From NCBI GenBank assembly GCA_034780895.1, contig JAUZTB010000042.1, positions 20,220,558-20,284,557 of the forward strand: a stretch of 64,000 bases of DNA, written 5' to 3'. Positions 41,358 to 54,937 of this stretch are shown piece after piece (the stretch's first letter is position 1; each line of letters begins with the position of its first letter). The stretch comes from Rhynchobatus australiae. Its lineage: Eukaryota. The translations under genes were made by a program, and so were the position numbers. The notes below the pieces were generated by a model, which made no database searches, was not told where the DNA came from, and saw nothing but the letters and a program-made list of their open reading frames with translations.

Positions 41358-41501
41358 ATGAGTCGTTAATAAAACTGAATGAAGTACAACACATTCCACA
41401 GTCTGCAGCAAGCTACAAAAAGAATTACCGTTACTTGCGTTCACAAAACGAGCATCCAGCAGAAATGCTGAAACATGACCCTCGTGACAGTTTTTTTCAT
41501 T
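41358..41501 (+). CDS. B4GALNT3: B4GALNT3-like exon (human exon 10 equivalent)
   Basis: atttcag|...|gtaagg, 144 nt, phase 1-1. ESLIKLNEVQHIPQSAASYKKNYRYLRSQNEHPAEMLKHDPRDSFFH contains the HIPQ.AAS and ML..DPRD motifs. Confidence 0.93.
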
Positions 41502-44500
41502 GTAAGGCTTCTCCACAAGTATTGCTGCTAAGACAGACACATACCTGCATGAATAAACAATGCATTTGATGTTGTCATGAAAAAAATGAAGTCTGGTTGG
41601 AACCATTGAGATGTTTTTTTTATTAGTAGGCTGTCAAAATGATGGCAGTATTTAGGCATGCGCTGTAAAGGAGGCTTACACCCTTCATAATCTTTGCAAT
41701 TTCCCCAATCATTGAGGGCTTTCACTATTTTATACAAAAGTAAATGTTCACTAATATTTCAGTTGTCTTAATAAGCTAACCCAGCTGAAGTCCAGCATGT
41801 TAGTACCAATCAAAATGGTAGTATTTCTCATAAAGGCATAGTCATTTTATCTATCGCAATACATCTTGAAATTTGTATATTGTCACTTCCTATCATTCAA
41901 CCATAATACTATGCCAGTTTTAATTAGGGCTGTGGCTGTGTCAGTTGCAGCAGGTCAGATCTCTCTATACCTTCCTTCAGTGGGGCATCTCACATTTAGA
42001 AAAGTTGTAATGAATGTGGAACGTGGATAAAGGCTTTCATAGGCTAAAGCAATAAAGTGCACTGCCATTGTGAAAAGTGTTGTAACAAGCCATTGTAGTT
42101 GGCAAGGAAATAGAGACGTGCCTTTGTTGTTGTGGTGGTAGTGTGCCCTCGTGTTGAAATAAGATGATTCAATTAGTGCAATTCTTCAATCAGACTGATT
42201 TATTATACACCTATGGTTTCAATACTTAGTAATAATCAAAGATCCCCTTTGCTTAGGCTTTTTTTGAGGTACTAGATAAGGTTGCCCTTTAAGTCCTTTA
42301 TTATTTGATATTGCTTTGGAACCCTTGGCTATTGTACTCTGGGATTCTTCAAACATATGCGGTATTACTCAATTAGTGCAATTCTTGATTAATTGCACGT
42401 TTGCAGCCAGATGATGACATGTTTACAGTGCATTTTTGTGTCCCTCCATAGCTTGGATGGGACAGTTTAGTTTCATTTTTTTCTTCTACTTCTAAGGAAT
42501 ACAATTCCAAGGACATTTGTTGTCCAAGTTATCTTGATCAAGTGGCATTTATTCCTTCCTGAATTTGGTCATTAAGACCAGAAGATTGTTCACCGATAAG
42601 GTACATCGCACCTTTTTCCAATCCAGTCCTTGTCAGATGCTCGCATGTGTGTGATTTCCAACAAACATAATTAAATTGTGATGTGGAGTGCAAAAAGATC
42701 CACTTTACACTTGCACCTGTACCAAACATGAAGGTGGAATCATCAAGATTTTGTTTCACATGATTACACTTGCAATCTGTAAATTTAAATTCATCTCTCC
42801 AGTAAAAATAAGCATAATTTCTGCATAATTAGGCTCCAGTGACAGAAACAGGTCATTCCAGTTTTTTTATATTCTAAACAAGTCATCAACATCTTCAGAA
42901 CATGTTAAAGCATGCTTATATAAGCAGAGACAAACCTCCACATAAATACGTGGAAGTATCTGNNNNGCTTTGGTCAAATGGTCGATTTGTACGTTCACTA
43001 AATAGCTTAGTTCATGTGGTGCTAAAATATGCCTAAATTGGGGGTTGTTCATGTTAAATGCAAATTAACTTGTTTTTGTGATTTCTCATTTTAAAATGAT
43101 GGCCTTTTATAAACATTTTAATCATCTAATGTTGATATTATGTTTTCTAAAATTATTCATTATTGCTAAAACTGGTTAAGGCAAACCCACTTGTCATAGA
43201 GTTATGCTGCACAGTACTGGGCTCTTTGACCCAGCACGTCCATGCTGACATTTTTGCCCTTCTACACTGATCCTATAGGCCAGATGAAGTCTGTATTCTT
43301 TCATGCCTCGTCTGTTTAAGTGCCTTTCTAATTGCCTGCCTGTATTTCATATTCTCACCAAAAAAAAATCACCTATTGGAAAACATTGGTCTTTGTTTGT
43401 GATATTTGTGCTTGAGTGAGATTGATGCCATTACCAAACTGCAACTTATTAATCATCCAGTTGTCTTAAGTTATTGCATATGTATTATAAACTACAAATG
43501 AATTCCACTTGAGTTTAAAGCATAGTTAGACTGTGTTCCATTAACTCTTTTCTAAATGGCTTAAATTTTTAATCTTTGTCAAAGCCCTTATGTGCTACAA
43601 TTAAGTATGTGGATTTCTATTATTAAAAGAAGAAATGAACATTTGGTTAAATTCAGTTAAGATTTTATCAGGACTTGCACATGAATAAGATCATAATTCT
43701 TATTTCGGCAGGGAATAGCATGATCTTGTTGTATAACATCTCTCTCACCAGTTTTTATTAATGCACCATAGANNNNNNNNNNNNNNNNNNNNNNNNNNNN
43801 NNNNNNNNNNNNNNNNNNNNNNNNNNNNNNNNNNNNNNNNNNNNNNNNNNNNNNNNNNNNNNNNNNNNNNNNNNNNNNNNNNNNNNNNNNNNNNNNNNNN
43901 NNNNNNNNNNNNNNNNNNNNNNNNNNNNNNNNNNNNNNNNNNNNNNNNNNNNNNNNNNNNNNNNNNNNNNNNNNNNNNNNNNNNNNNNNNNNNNNNNNNN
44001 NNNNNNNNNNNNNNNNNNNNNNNNNNNNNNNNNNNNNNNNNNNNNNNNNNNNNNNNNNNNNNNNNNNNNNNNNNNNNNNNNNNNNNNNNNNNNNNNNNNN
44101 NNNNNNNNNNNNNNNNNNNNNNNNNNNNNNNNNNNNNNNNNNNNNNNNNNNNNNNNNNNNNNNNNNNNNNNNNNNNNNNNNNNNNNNNNNNNNNNNNNNN
44201 NNNNNNNNNNNNNNNNNNNNNNNNNNNNNNNNNNNNNNNNNNNNNNNNNNNNNNNNNAAAAATATAATTTTACATACATTAAACATGGAAACAGACATCC
44301 TGACGTCAATCTCATTTTATACATTTATTTGTGCCAATATCTGCATAACCGTCAAATGTAAGAACAAACACATAAAAATAGGATCCGGTATGGGCTGTGT
44401 GGCCCTTTTGTGCCTGCTCCACTATTCATCAAGATCATGGCTGATCCCCTACCTCAGCACTGTTTTCTTGCCCAACCCCCATATCCCTCAATTCCCTTAA

Positions 44501-47500
44501 TGTTTGAAATCTTTCAATCTCTGTTTTGAATGAGCTCAGTGTCTGAGCTTCTACAGCCCTTCAGGGTAGAATTGAATTCCAAAAATTCACCATTTGAATG
44601 AAGGAACTTCTCATCTGAGGCCTGTGGATCTTTTTGCATGATTAACTGATGCCTCTTTTTTTGACATTATAGAATATGGAATTCAATGGTAAAGTCAACA
44701 TTTATAGTTTATCACTAATTTTCCTTGAGAAGTTGGTTGGGAGTTGTCTTTCTGAGCTACTGCAAACCAGGTGGTGAAGTTTGTCCCACAGTGCTATTAA
44801 CGTGGAGTATCAGGATATTAAGGTGGTTATGGAGTTGTGACCATATATTTCCACGTCAGGACAGTGTGCCACTTGCAAGGGTTCTTTGAGGCAGTCGAGT
44901 TCCCATTTGGTAATCCACTTACTAGATAGTGAAAATTGTGAGTTTGAGAGGGGATGTTAAGAAGCTGTGATAATTTGAAAGGAATACAATCAGCATGCCT
45001 CCTTGTTGCTAGTTATTTGCTCGTTATTTGTTGCCTACTATGTGATGTCCACCAGCACCAACCAAGCTGTAGTTTAGCTGAAAACATCATCAGAGGCCCA
45101 ATAGCAGCAGTTAAAACCAGCAAACTTCTTAAAGAAGAGAAGAATTGTGATTGAAGCTGCTTGCAGCAAGTATCCTGCTGCTAAGCTGAGCTAGGAAACA
45201 ATGAAGAATAGCATAACACAGCAGAAAGAGGCTTCCATGAATTTAAGGCACAACCACTAAAAGCCTTGGTAGAAAGATGGAGTGTTAGATGAAGGTGCTG
45301 TATCTGTTAGGAGCCTTCTTGATGCACACATGAAAGGCCATCAAAGCAGATTGCTCAGGGGAATATGGGAGCAATACAGTCCCAAGAATCTTGGTACTGA
45401 GCTACAAGGTGATCAAAGACTTCACACAAATGGAGATCTGCGAATCCATAACCTGATGGCATAGATTTAAGAAAAGGAGCAAGAGTTTTGGTGGGGATAT
45501 ATAAAGAATTTTTTCACTCAGGGTGGTTGGAATTTGAGAGTGGTGGAGGCAGGGACTTTCTGAGCATTTCACAAGCACCTGAATCACCAAGCTATAGAAG
45601 GCTGTGGATCAAGTGCTGGAAAATGGGATTAGTATAGACGGGTACCCGATGGTTGGCATGGACAGAGTGGCTGAAGACCCTGGTTCTGTGCTGTATGATT
45701 CCATGACTAAGCCTTACACTCGTAGTGCATGGCAGACACTTGCTACCATCTATTCAGTCCGGAAGGGAACATCACTAAAACAGATTGCACTTCATTCACA
45801 AGACTAAATTGTGTTCTCCTGCAATATTAGCTTGGGGAGGGGGTACAACCTGATGTGGTGGGAGCTAACAGCATGGAAGTGGTCTACCCACATGTGCTAA
45901 CATCAATCAAAAAGATTATGCTGGTCGTTATTGGAAATTGTATTACTAAGGCTGTGGACAGTGGCAGGGCTGAAATCAGCAACAATAATATCCTCATGCT
46001 TAATCCTCCTCCTCATACATCCAACTCCCCTTTCGCCTATTCAATTTTCTGATATTTTTTTTTCTTCTTCCCAAACCAAAACCTTTTCCCTGTGTTTCCT
46101 TCATTTCCAATCCCAAAATCTACAACCTTGCTGGGCAGGCACAAAAGGAAGAAAAACTAGAGTGACGAGGACACCCTGTCATTTGATTTCACGCCCTCGA
46201 CCACCAACTCGGATACTGTGCTATTTAGCAGAAAGCATTTCACTGGGATCTGCATGAGTGACCTGTAGCAGAGTAGATGGCAAAGGTAATGCAGATACCA
46301 GCTTGCCAGAGTGGCAAGGTCACATGTCAGTTCTGCTCCTGAATCCTTTGATATGCACTTTGGGGAGTTTTCTGAAAAAGGAGGACAGCTAGGTATGGAC
46401 AATAAAATGCTTGATGCATCGGAAAGCCTGCCAGAAAGTCTGTGTTCCCTGTCAAAGAGCATGAAGGAGATTAGCACCACTTTGCACAGGGTTTTGTATT
46501 GAGCTTGGACCCTTATCCTTTCTAGAAATGTGGCCAATGTTGTGAGCATGCTTATGGATTTAATCATAACATGGCATCTAATGACTGATATCAAAGTTTC
46601 CATTGCAACACAGTCTCAGTGCCACAGTTGCAGTTACGCAATGTCAGACAGCTACAATCAAGACTCTATCACAATGTGCAAAGGTTGTCTTTGTAGTCCA
46701 GCTTTCTCCCCCACAACATGTTACACAGATTGCTGAGTTGCTGCCCTCTCTTGGGAAAACTGTTTTGTTCCTCTCCTCTGCTCTTCCAATGTCCTTCCTG
46801 TCAATGTTGCCATCCCAGATTAATGTTATCCACATTAAAGTAGTGCAGTCCAAATTAGGCCTTTTGTATTCCTAGCTACTTGATGTTACCTCCAAGTCCT
46901 TGTGCTGCCTGCTGCACTGAAAGTCAGCACCCTTCACCACCCACACTGTAGAGAATGGGGTACCTGTTTGCTGGATTAAAGGCTATGCCCAAAACATTGC
47001 ACAACGTGCAGCCCCAGTGATTCTTGCCACCTGCCTTTGAATACTGTAGGCTTCTGCTGGAGAAGTCCAGCTAGCACAAGCAGTGTCTCTGCGCTTCTGT
47101 CACAGTTAGTGTGTTACCACTTCTTTCATTGTTCACCAGTGCAAGCAGATGCCCATTTTACCAAGTATCCTACCTTTGATTTTCTCTGGTGATTCATATG
47201 CAGTTGGCACAGTGGATTGTCAAAGAGGCACAATGTTGAACTGTCTGACTCTGTCATATCTTACAACAGCATGGAGGTTGGCACACTGAAGCTAGGATTT
47301 AATTTCCATGAGAGCTGAGTAGTAGCAGTCGCTNNNNNNNNNNNNNNNNNNNNNNNNNNNNNNNNNNNNNNNNNNNNNNNNNNNNNNNNNNNNNNNNNNN
47401 NNNNNNNNNNNNNNNNNNNNNNNNNNAACAACTTTTGCAAGTCATTCTGACTATTTCAGTCCTGGTCAACACTCCAATGGACTACTAAGAGAATTTTTCA

Positions 47501-49819
47501 AATGAGACATTAAACCAAGGTCCTATCTAATCTCTTAGATGGAGCATAAAAATTCTGAAGTATTAAAGAGCAGGGGAATAACTTTTGTTGTCCTGGTCAG
47601 TATTCATCCTTCAATTAACAACAATAATACAGATAATCTAATCATCTCACATTGCTGTTTATGAGTACTTGCTGTTCTGAAAATGGCAGCTGTGATTTTT
47701 ATATTACCACAGTAACTGTGCCTAGAAAAGCTAATTTATTAGCTTTAAAAACAGGGATGTCCTGAGATTGTGTCTGTGTCCTGCTGAAATCAGTATGACC
47801 AGACCCATCTCAGTGACAGATATTGAAGCTCTGCAGGAGTGCATGGTTCCTTTGCTTCTCTTAGTGCTTCCACCAAATGAAGGAGATCTTTCTCGTCAAG
47901 TGAAGGAGGACTGGTTTGACCTGATGTATGACACTTACTGTGGTCTGCCGAGGAGTTGTGTCAGTCTCTCCCTCTCAACTAGTATTATGCCGCCTCTACT
48001 TATAGGTCAATCCTACAAATGTGACAATTCATAAACCAGAGCCGGTGATAGCGAAGTTGGGTTGTTGGCTTAATGGGTACGATTTTATGAATGCAACTGT
48101 ATTATTTAATTAGTCCATGGGGTGGCTGTCCCATTTTTGGTACAAGATTAGCAAGCTGAACTTTGCGGGATCAACAGGAATGTGTCTTTGTCAGGGTTAT
48201 ACCTTGGTCAATGCAAAGTGATCCTTCCAGCTTTATTTTGTAACTGTTATATGCAACTGCCAAGACATTTGAGAGTTATCACATTGCTCTGGGATTGAAG
48301 TTATATAATGGCCATTCTGGGTAAGGATGTTGCCTTTTTGTTTCTCAACTGAAATCAAAATCACCATCTGCCATGGTGACACAGGAACTTGCAACAGATT
48401 AATAGATGTGGGCTTTGGATTATAATCAACTAATGTGGCCACTATAAAATTGATGCANNNNNNNNNNNNNNNNNNNNNNNNNNNNNNNNNNNCCCAGAGG
48501 TGCTACTTGACCTGCTGAGTTCCTTCAGAACATTGTTTTTAACCATGTCAGATGCTGATAATGTTAGTCATGTTTATAAATGCCATCACATCACTGTTCC
48601 ATTCACCTACCTCTCCACTGTTCCTTTCACTCTGTCAATGACATTCATAACTCCCATGCTTTTCTTACAACCACTTGAGCCACCCTCTGGTGATGAGAAG
48701 GGGTTTTTATTTGAATGTTCCTGTAAAAAAAAATCAACAGTCAGTAGGACCCTCTGGTGCTTCTTGTACTGTGCAGCACTTTTACAGAACTAAAGATGAC
48801 TCCATATTTGGCCCATTCAAATACTCCTCTTCAGTGAAAATTGGAAAGTTAGCACCACTGGCATTAGGGCTTTGCAGGGTGCAGGCCCACTGTGGTGGTT
48901 TAGGTATTGTTTGCATTCAAGACTAACAGTCTGAATGTTAAAGGAATCAAAGGATATGGGGGTAGTGCAGGAAAACTATGCTGAGCTAGAAGATCAAACA
49001 CGATTTTATTGAATGCAGAGCAGGCTCAAGGAGCAGAGTGCCCATATCTTGCTTCTGTTTCTTATGTTCTTATGCTTTTTATTTTAGCATTTCAAGGAGA
49101 AATTATAGCTTGTACACAGGAAATAGAAAGAAAGAAAAATATGTATGTATATAAAATCTGCTTTAAAATGCCATTTGATATATTGACCAGGACTCCAGGG
49201 TAGCTCTCATGCTCCTAGCTGAAATATTATCATGGGATCTTTTATAAGCATCTGAAAGAGCAGTTGGCATTATAGCTTAATTTCTCACCTGAATAATGGC
49301 GCCTCTGATAACGCAGATCTCCCCTACCACTGCACTAAGTTACTGACCTTTCTCTTTTGGAGGCAAATGTACTTCCACTACTTGGTGTTCTGTGGGAATT
49401 TTTTTGTCCATCTGCACCAGGTAAAACGGCTAGGTTTGGCACTCTGTAGGATAGTAAACATGAAAGGCTCATTTTTGGCCAATTACTTGAGAATCCAAGA
49501 AAGGAGAAAGGAAATTAGGACAAGAGTTTGTGCGTGATAAGTTCAGGTAAAATTTTGAGTACTCGCGGACTATCTGGTATGTAAATTTTGTAATAGCAGT
49601 AACGTTGAACAGCAAGCTGTTATGGCAGGCTGTTGATCAATTTGGAGATGTAGTGCATTACTCCTCTGGTCAAACACCCTTGCAAATGATGTGGTTATAT
49701 AGCCACAGACCTCAACAACTAGTGTTATGAACTTTGTCACTCAAGAATCCAGACTATATCTGCGCCAAGATCAAGAAAATCCTCTTGACATCTTTTAAAA
49801 GACTCACCTCATGTAGATA

Positions 49820-50280
49820 AGAACATAAAAAAAACCCATAGAGCCTGCTCCTCCATTCAATAAGGTCATGGCTGATCTGGCCACGGACTCAGATCCACCT
49901 ACCTGCCTTTTCCTCATAACCCTTAATTCCCCTACTATGCAAAAATCTATCTAACTGTGACTTAAATATATTTAATGAGTTCGCCTCTACTGCTTCCCTG
50001 GGCAGAGAATTCCATAGATTCACTACTCTTTGGGAAANNNNNNNNNNNNNNNNNNNNNNNNNNNNNNNNNNNNNNNNNNNNNNNNNNNNNNNNNNNNNNN
50101 NNNNNNNNNNNNNNNNNNNNNNNNNNNNNNNNNNNNNATATATTTAATGAGTTCGCCTCTACTGCTTCCCTGGGCAGAGAATTCCATAGATTCACTACTC
50201 TTTGGGAAAATCAGTTCCTCCTCACCTCCATCCTAAATCTACTCCCGTGAATCTTGAAGCCATGTCCCCTAGTTCTAGAG
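49820..50280 (-). mobile_element. CR1 3' end (contains a gap-flanking duplication)
   Basis: Minus-strand NLWNSLPREAVEANSLNIFK motif. Confidence 0.8.
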
Positions 50281-51809
50281 TCTTGGCAGAGATGGCTATC
50301 TAAAAGAACAGTGATAATTAATTCCCTACTAAATGTTAATCTCTAACATTTGTGGGGTACTTTTTCAGGGTCAGTAAAGATGACCAAATCTTTTTCCAAA
50401 GGTGAAATTATCTCTGTTGTATTTCTTTTTGAGAAGGTGTGTCATGTTGAGGATAAATAGCTTTGTATCTCAGCTAAGAGAGCAAAACCACCAAGAGAAT
50501 TTCACAGAAAAATATTGTCATCGCAAGCTACTGTTTAAAGTATCAAAATTCTAGCAAATTCTTGCTAAAATGGAATCTGGAGTTGAAAATTCCATTGTCA
50601 GTCTACCCATCTGCTTCAAAGTCTGGCACAACACAGCAGTTACTAAATTTGAGGAAGCAACTGGCCTTACTGGTTTAATGCTCAGTTTTGTTTTTGAAAT
50701 GTGATCCAAGAAACCAGCTGCTTCTCTGACTCACTCCAGTTCTTCAGTGAAATGCATAAACATCATACTTTAAGAAATCAAAGTTATGTCCCAGTTACTA
50801 CATAATTTCTTCATCTGCCAACTCTAGAAGAAGAAAATTGTTGGAGCATCTTTAGAGAAAATGAGTCACAGCTTGATGCTTTTACTCATGTGGTGCAGAA
50901 ATGAAATGATTCCATAGATGCTCAGCACAGAGTGGGATAGATCCTTCAGCAGTTTATATCACTCAAGCTTCATTAAGAGATTAGCTTCTCCTGGCACATA
51001 TGACATAAGGGNNNNNNNNNNNNNNNNNNNNNNNNNNNNNNNNNNNNNNNNNNNNNNNNNNNNNNNNNNNNNNNNNNNNNNNNNNNNNNNNNNNNNNNNN
51101 NNNNNNNNNNNATATGACATAAGGGTGAAATAGATAGAAAATGTTATTAGGACATGCAAATAAAACACCATGGTAAACATACCATCATTAGCAGAACACA
51201 ACAGGATTCTCTCATGGAAATGTTTTTGTTCCAAATCTGATATGCTTTTTCAATGTATGTGTTTATATCTAAATCACATTTCTGAAGATTGCAATATTTC
51301 TTGCAGAATTTTTAGTTCCCTCCTGAAAGAATAATAGTTAAAGGCAAAGGCAATCATTTGATGTACTTAGAATTTGAATCACTTACATGCAAATTTTTTT
51401 TGTCCTCTATGCAATTCATTTTAAATGAAAAAATTAATGAAAAAATCGGGGACTCTACACATCACGTAAAGTGTAGTTTTTTTTCTGGGTCTATGGAAGG
51501 GTTTGGGTCCATGGATCTAATACGGGGTGGGGTGGGCATCCTCTATGCCTCAGTCCCCTCTGAGTAGTGACCCTCACCTCATCTTCCAAGCTTGCAAGCT
51601 GCTTCTGATCCTCAGCATTCCCTGAAACAGCCTAAGTCCCCCAGTTATATTGTGCAGTCAACCCTTGCCCTGCTTCCCCATTAACCTGCCATTTGACCAC
51701 GCTGTGGAAATCTCTATTCTTAACCCACTGCCAATCCATGACCCTACTTCTACCCAGTGTCCCAAAAGATGGGGCACATGGATATTGTATTCTTTTATGT
51801 TTCTTCAAT

Positions 51810-52145
51810 ATAGAAAGGTACCATATGTTGGGTCTCAGAACACTTCCATCAGTCCCATCACCCCACTTATTTCCCTGTAATCTGTTCTCTCCCACGTGTC
51901 TATCAACTGCCCCCCCCCCCCACCAACCCCCCAATTCTCCTGCCTTCACTAGGGGCAGCGTACAGTGGTCATTTAACCAAAACAGCTTATCTTGGAATGT
52001 TGGAGGAAACCAGAAAACCCAGAGGAAACCCACCAGGTCACAGGGAAATCCTGCAACCTCCAGGTAGACAGCACCCAAAATCAGGATCAAACCCAAGTTG
52101 GTGAAGCCATGCAGCAGCAGTACTATTGCTGTACAACTGTGCTGC
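51810..52145 (-). mobile_element. HE1/V-SINE-type SINE, near full length
   Basis: ttggaatgttggaggaaaccagaaaacccagaggaaacccac...gtcacaggga...tgcaacctcca..tagacagcaccc. Confidence 0.75.
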
Positions 52146-53069
52146 AAAAAATTGACATCAAATCTAAAATGATATTGAAAACTATAACCCTGCCAAATCC
52201 AAATTCAGAATTAACTCCGACTTGCTGATTTTTGAGAGATTAAACTTGAGTGTTGCTACAAGCCTTTGCATCTCAGAATTATCACGGTCAAATTTATAAA
52301 TCTTTTGTTCTTACTTGCAGTGAACTGTGGCGGCAGCTTATTACTCACTCCCACCTTGTGGCCACAGTGTGTAGTATACCACATCTAAACAGAAAATGCC
52401 AGAAGCTCTCAAAATGTCAGACGGCATCTGTGGAGAGAGAAACAACCTGAAGGTTTCAACCTGAAATGACGACTTTTTCTCTTCATACAGATGCTGCCTA
52501 ATGCGCTGAGTGCCTTTGTCATTTTTGGTTTTATTTCAGATTTCCTGCATCTGTAGTTTTGTTTTAATTTAATTCTGAAATGACAACTTAAGAATACATT
52601 TGTAGAAAAAGACCATTTGGTTCATTATTTATCCAGAACATTGTTATTCTGTGCCTGTTTCATCAAGTAATTTCAGCATTCATTGCCAAATGAGATCAAA
52701 CTTCCTTCAATTAAGCACTGAGAAAGACCAAAGCCATTTTCTTCAGGACCCATCATAAATTCCAATCCATGATCACATTCATGTCATCACACACCCTTCT
52801 TGGTCACCTATCTCAGGCTGAGCAAATTATCTTAAAATATTTTGTTCTAGTTTCCATCCCTTTCCCTGTCCATCTTTTCTGCAGCTTGCTACTCATTCTA
52901 GGTTATAGGGCATCTCCGGGTAACAAACGAGTTCTGTTTTTACAGACATCCATAAATCAATATAGGCCATAAATCAGAAAATACACAAAGTCATTTGATA
53001 TGATAACTATGCCTCCACAGTGTTGTTGAGGGCCAATTAACATGAGCAGTTACTTATTTTCTTCCCCTG

Positions 53070-53462
53070 CCTAGTTACAATGGTACAGAATCAGGATGTC
53101 CCACATTCAATGGCTGGTTTCAGTGGGCGTGAAGTATCAGTGGCTGTTGTATTGTTTAACAGAGTATCATTGGACAAGTATCAATAGAAACTATTGCTTG
53201 TCAATTTCCAAAACAACTCTGTTAAGTGGCATCCCATGGTGAAACTGGCAACCCGTGTTCTAAAGAGACAATGGCGTCAGGTTACTGTGGGGTAGCTGTG
53301 AGTTGCTGGTCCTCAATTGCATTTAATAATGTTTATGGGAGTTGGTTCACATATACCCGGTGTCTACAAGTCATTCATAACCCGGGGAGGGTTAGGAATG
53401 ACTTATAGACTCTACAAATATATAGGCCCTCCCCGCGCGTTCATAACCTGGGGAGGGCCTAT
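53070..53462. mobile_element. Possible Tc1/pogo (Tigger-like) non-autonomous DNA transposon remnant
   Basis: ttcataacc(c/t)ggggagggcct end resembles Tigger-type terminal inverted repeats, and cctagttacaa near 53070 could be the degraded other end. Confidence 0.35.
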
Positions 53463-54215
53463 ATATTTGTAGAGTTATGAGCAACCCTGTAGTAACTTGT
53501 CCATGTGGCTATTGAGAAATGATGGATCTCCCTCTCCACTGCCTGGAGATCTTGATCATCATGCTGTATACAGTCCGGAAGTCCTTTTCTCACATTTTTA
53601 GGAGAGACCAGGAGGAAACAAGGGACAGGAATAGTAATCGCCTACAGCAGTAAAATAACCACACATGTTGAAAGCTTAACTGCACTTAAGAGATAACTTG
53701 CTGTTTGGTTATCAATCTGGCAGAAACCCCCTGATATTTGATTTTTGGGTGATCCTTTTCATCAGGTTACCAGCCAGCTGATAAAATTGCACTTGCCTTC
53801 AGTTTTCCCTTTTCATTTGGTCAAGTAGTTATGAATGTACATTTTATTACCTCAAGCAGGAATCAATTCCGTACATTTCCTGTTTTAGAGATTAATATTA
53901 AAGTGGAATGGTTTTTTAGTGCAGTTTGATGTTTAAAACAATAATGATCAATAATTTCTGCTGAGAATTTGGGAGCAATTTCATAATGTAGAAAATGGTA
54001 AAGGTGCATAATTTCCCTTTGGGAGATCATTGTATCATAGACACATTTAAGGGAAAGGTAGATAAATATTTGTAGAAGGGGAATAGGGTTTGATAAGGCA
54101 GGTTGGGAGAAAATTTGTATGGAACATAAACATTGATAACGACAAATTGGGTCACATGGTTTGTTTTCATGCCAGACATTATATGTTATAATATTTTCAC
54201 ATTTTTTAATCTTAG

Positions 54216-54316
54216 GTTCATCTGACTTATGTGTATCCCAATGATTACACAAGGCTAACACACATGGAATCAGAAAACAAATGCTTTTATTTTGAAAATG
54301 TCTATTACTTGGAAAG
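54216..54316 (+). CDS. B4GALNT3: B4GALNT3-like exon (human exon 12 equivalent)
   Basis: cttag|...|gtgaga, 101 nt, phase 0-2. [33 protein letters not shown] contains the [17 protein letters not shown] motif. Confidence 0.96.
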
Positions 54317-54848
54317 GTGAGATCATACAACATGAAATGTTAGGAAGGTGACTCCACAAATTAATAACTAAATGTAATGGAAATAAAAATGAGAATTAAT
54401 TGGATGAAAATTAATTCAGGAATTTGGCTATTGTCTGCATGTTCTAATTTCTTTGTTTTTTCTTACCAGACGTTAGCTTCAGGGTTCAGAATTAATTTAT
54501 GATTCCTTTGGGTTTTTACCTTCAAGGGTTGGGAGAAATATATTCCAAGTCCTCCTTGGCAATTACTTGCAAATCCTATTGGATTTGATCTTTGAAATTT
54601 GAATCAGAAGACAGGAATGAACACAAAGATAATGACAAAAGTGCAAAATAACTGAGGAAAGTCCATCAGGAATAATTGGAACAATGAATGAAAAATAAAA
54701 CTATAATAGCACTGGTCCTATTTAGTAATTTAATGTATTCTTAATAATGACTGGAAAATACGCCCAAGTTCTTACATATTGGAAACTATAAAGAACTTGT
54801 TAAAATGCCATCGACCTTACCTTAAACCATGTTATATCTATCCAACAG

Positions 54849-54937
54849 ATTTGGATTCTACAAATACATGAAAATGGATGTGCCCGCACAAAAATCAAAT
54901 GAAGGAAAGTCCGGAAATTCTCTCTGGATAGGAGCAG
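54849..54937 (+). CDS. B4GALNT3: B4GALNT3-like exon (human exon 13 equivalent); 3' end is either 54937 or 54943
   Basis: ccaacag| acceptor, phase 2. FGFYKYMKMDVPAQKSNEGKSGNSLWIGA. Two in-frame phase-1 donors: CAG|gtgatg and ATG|gtaacc. Confidence 0.85.

Noticed and set aside
49966-50209. About 70-bp perfect direct repeat
   Set aside because: It flanks a 100-N gap exactly, so it is an unmerged contig overlap rather than biology.
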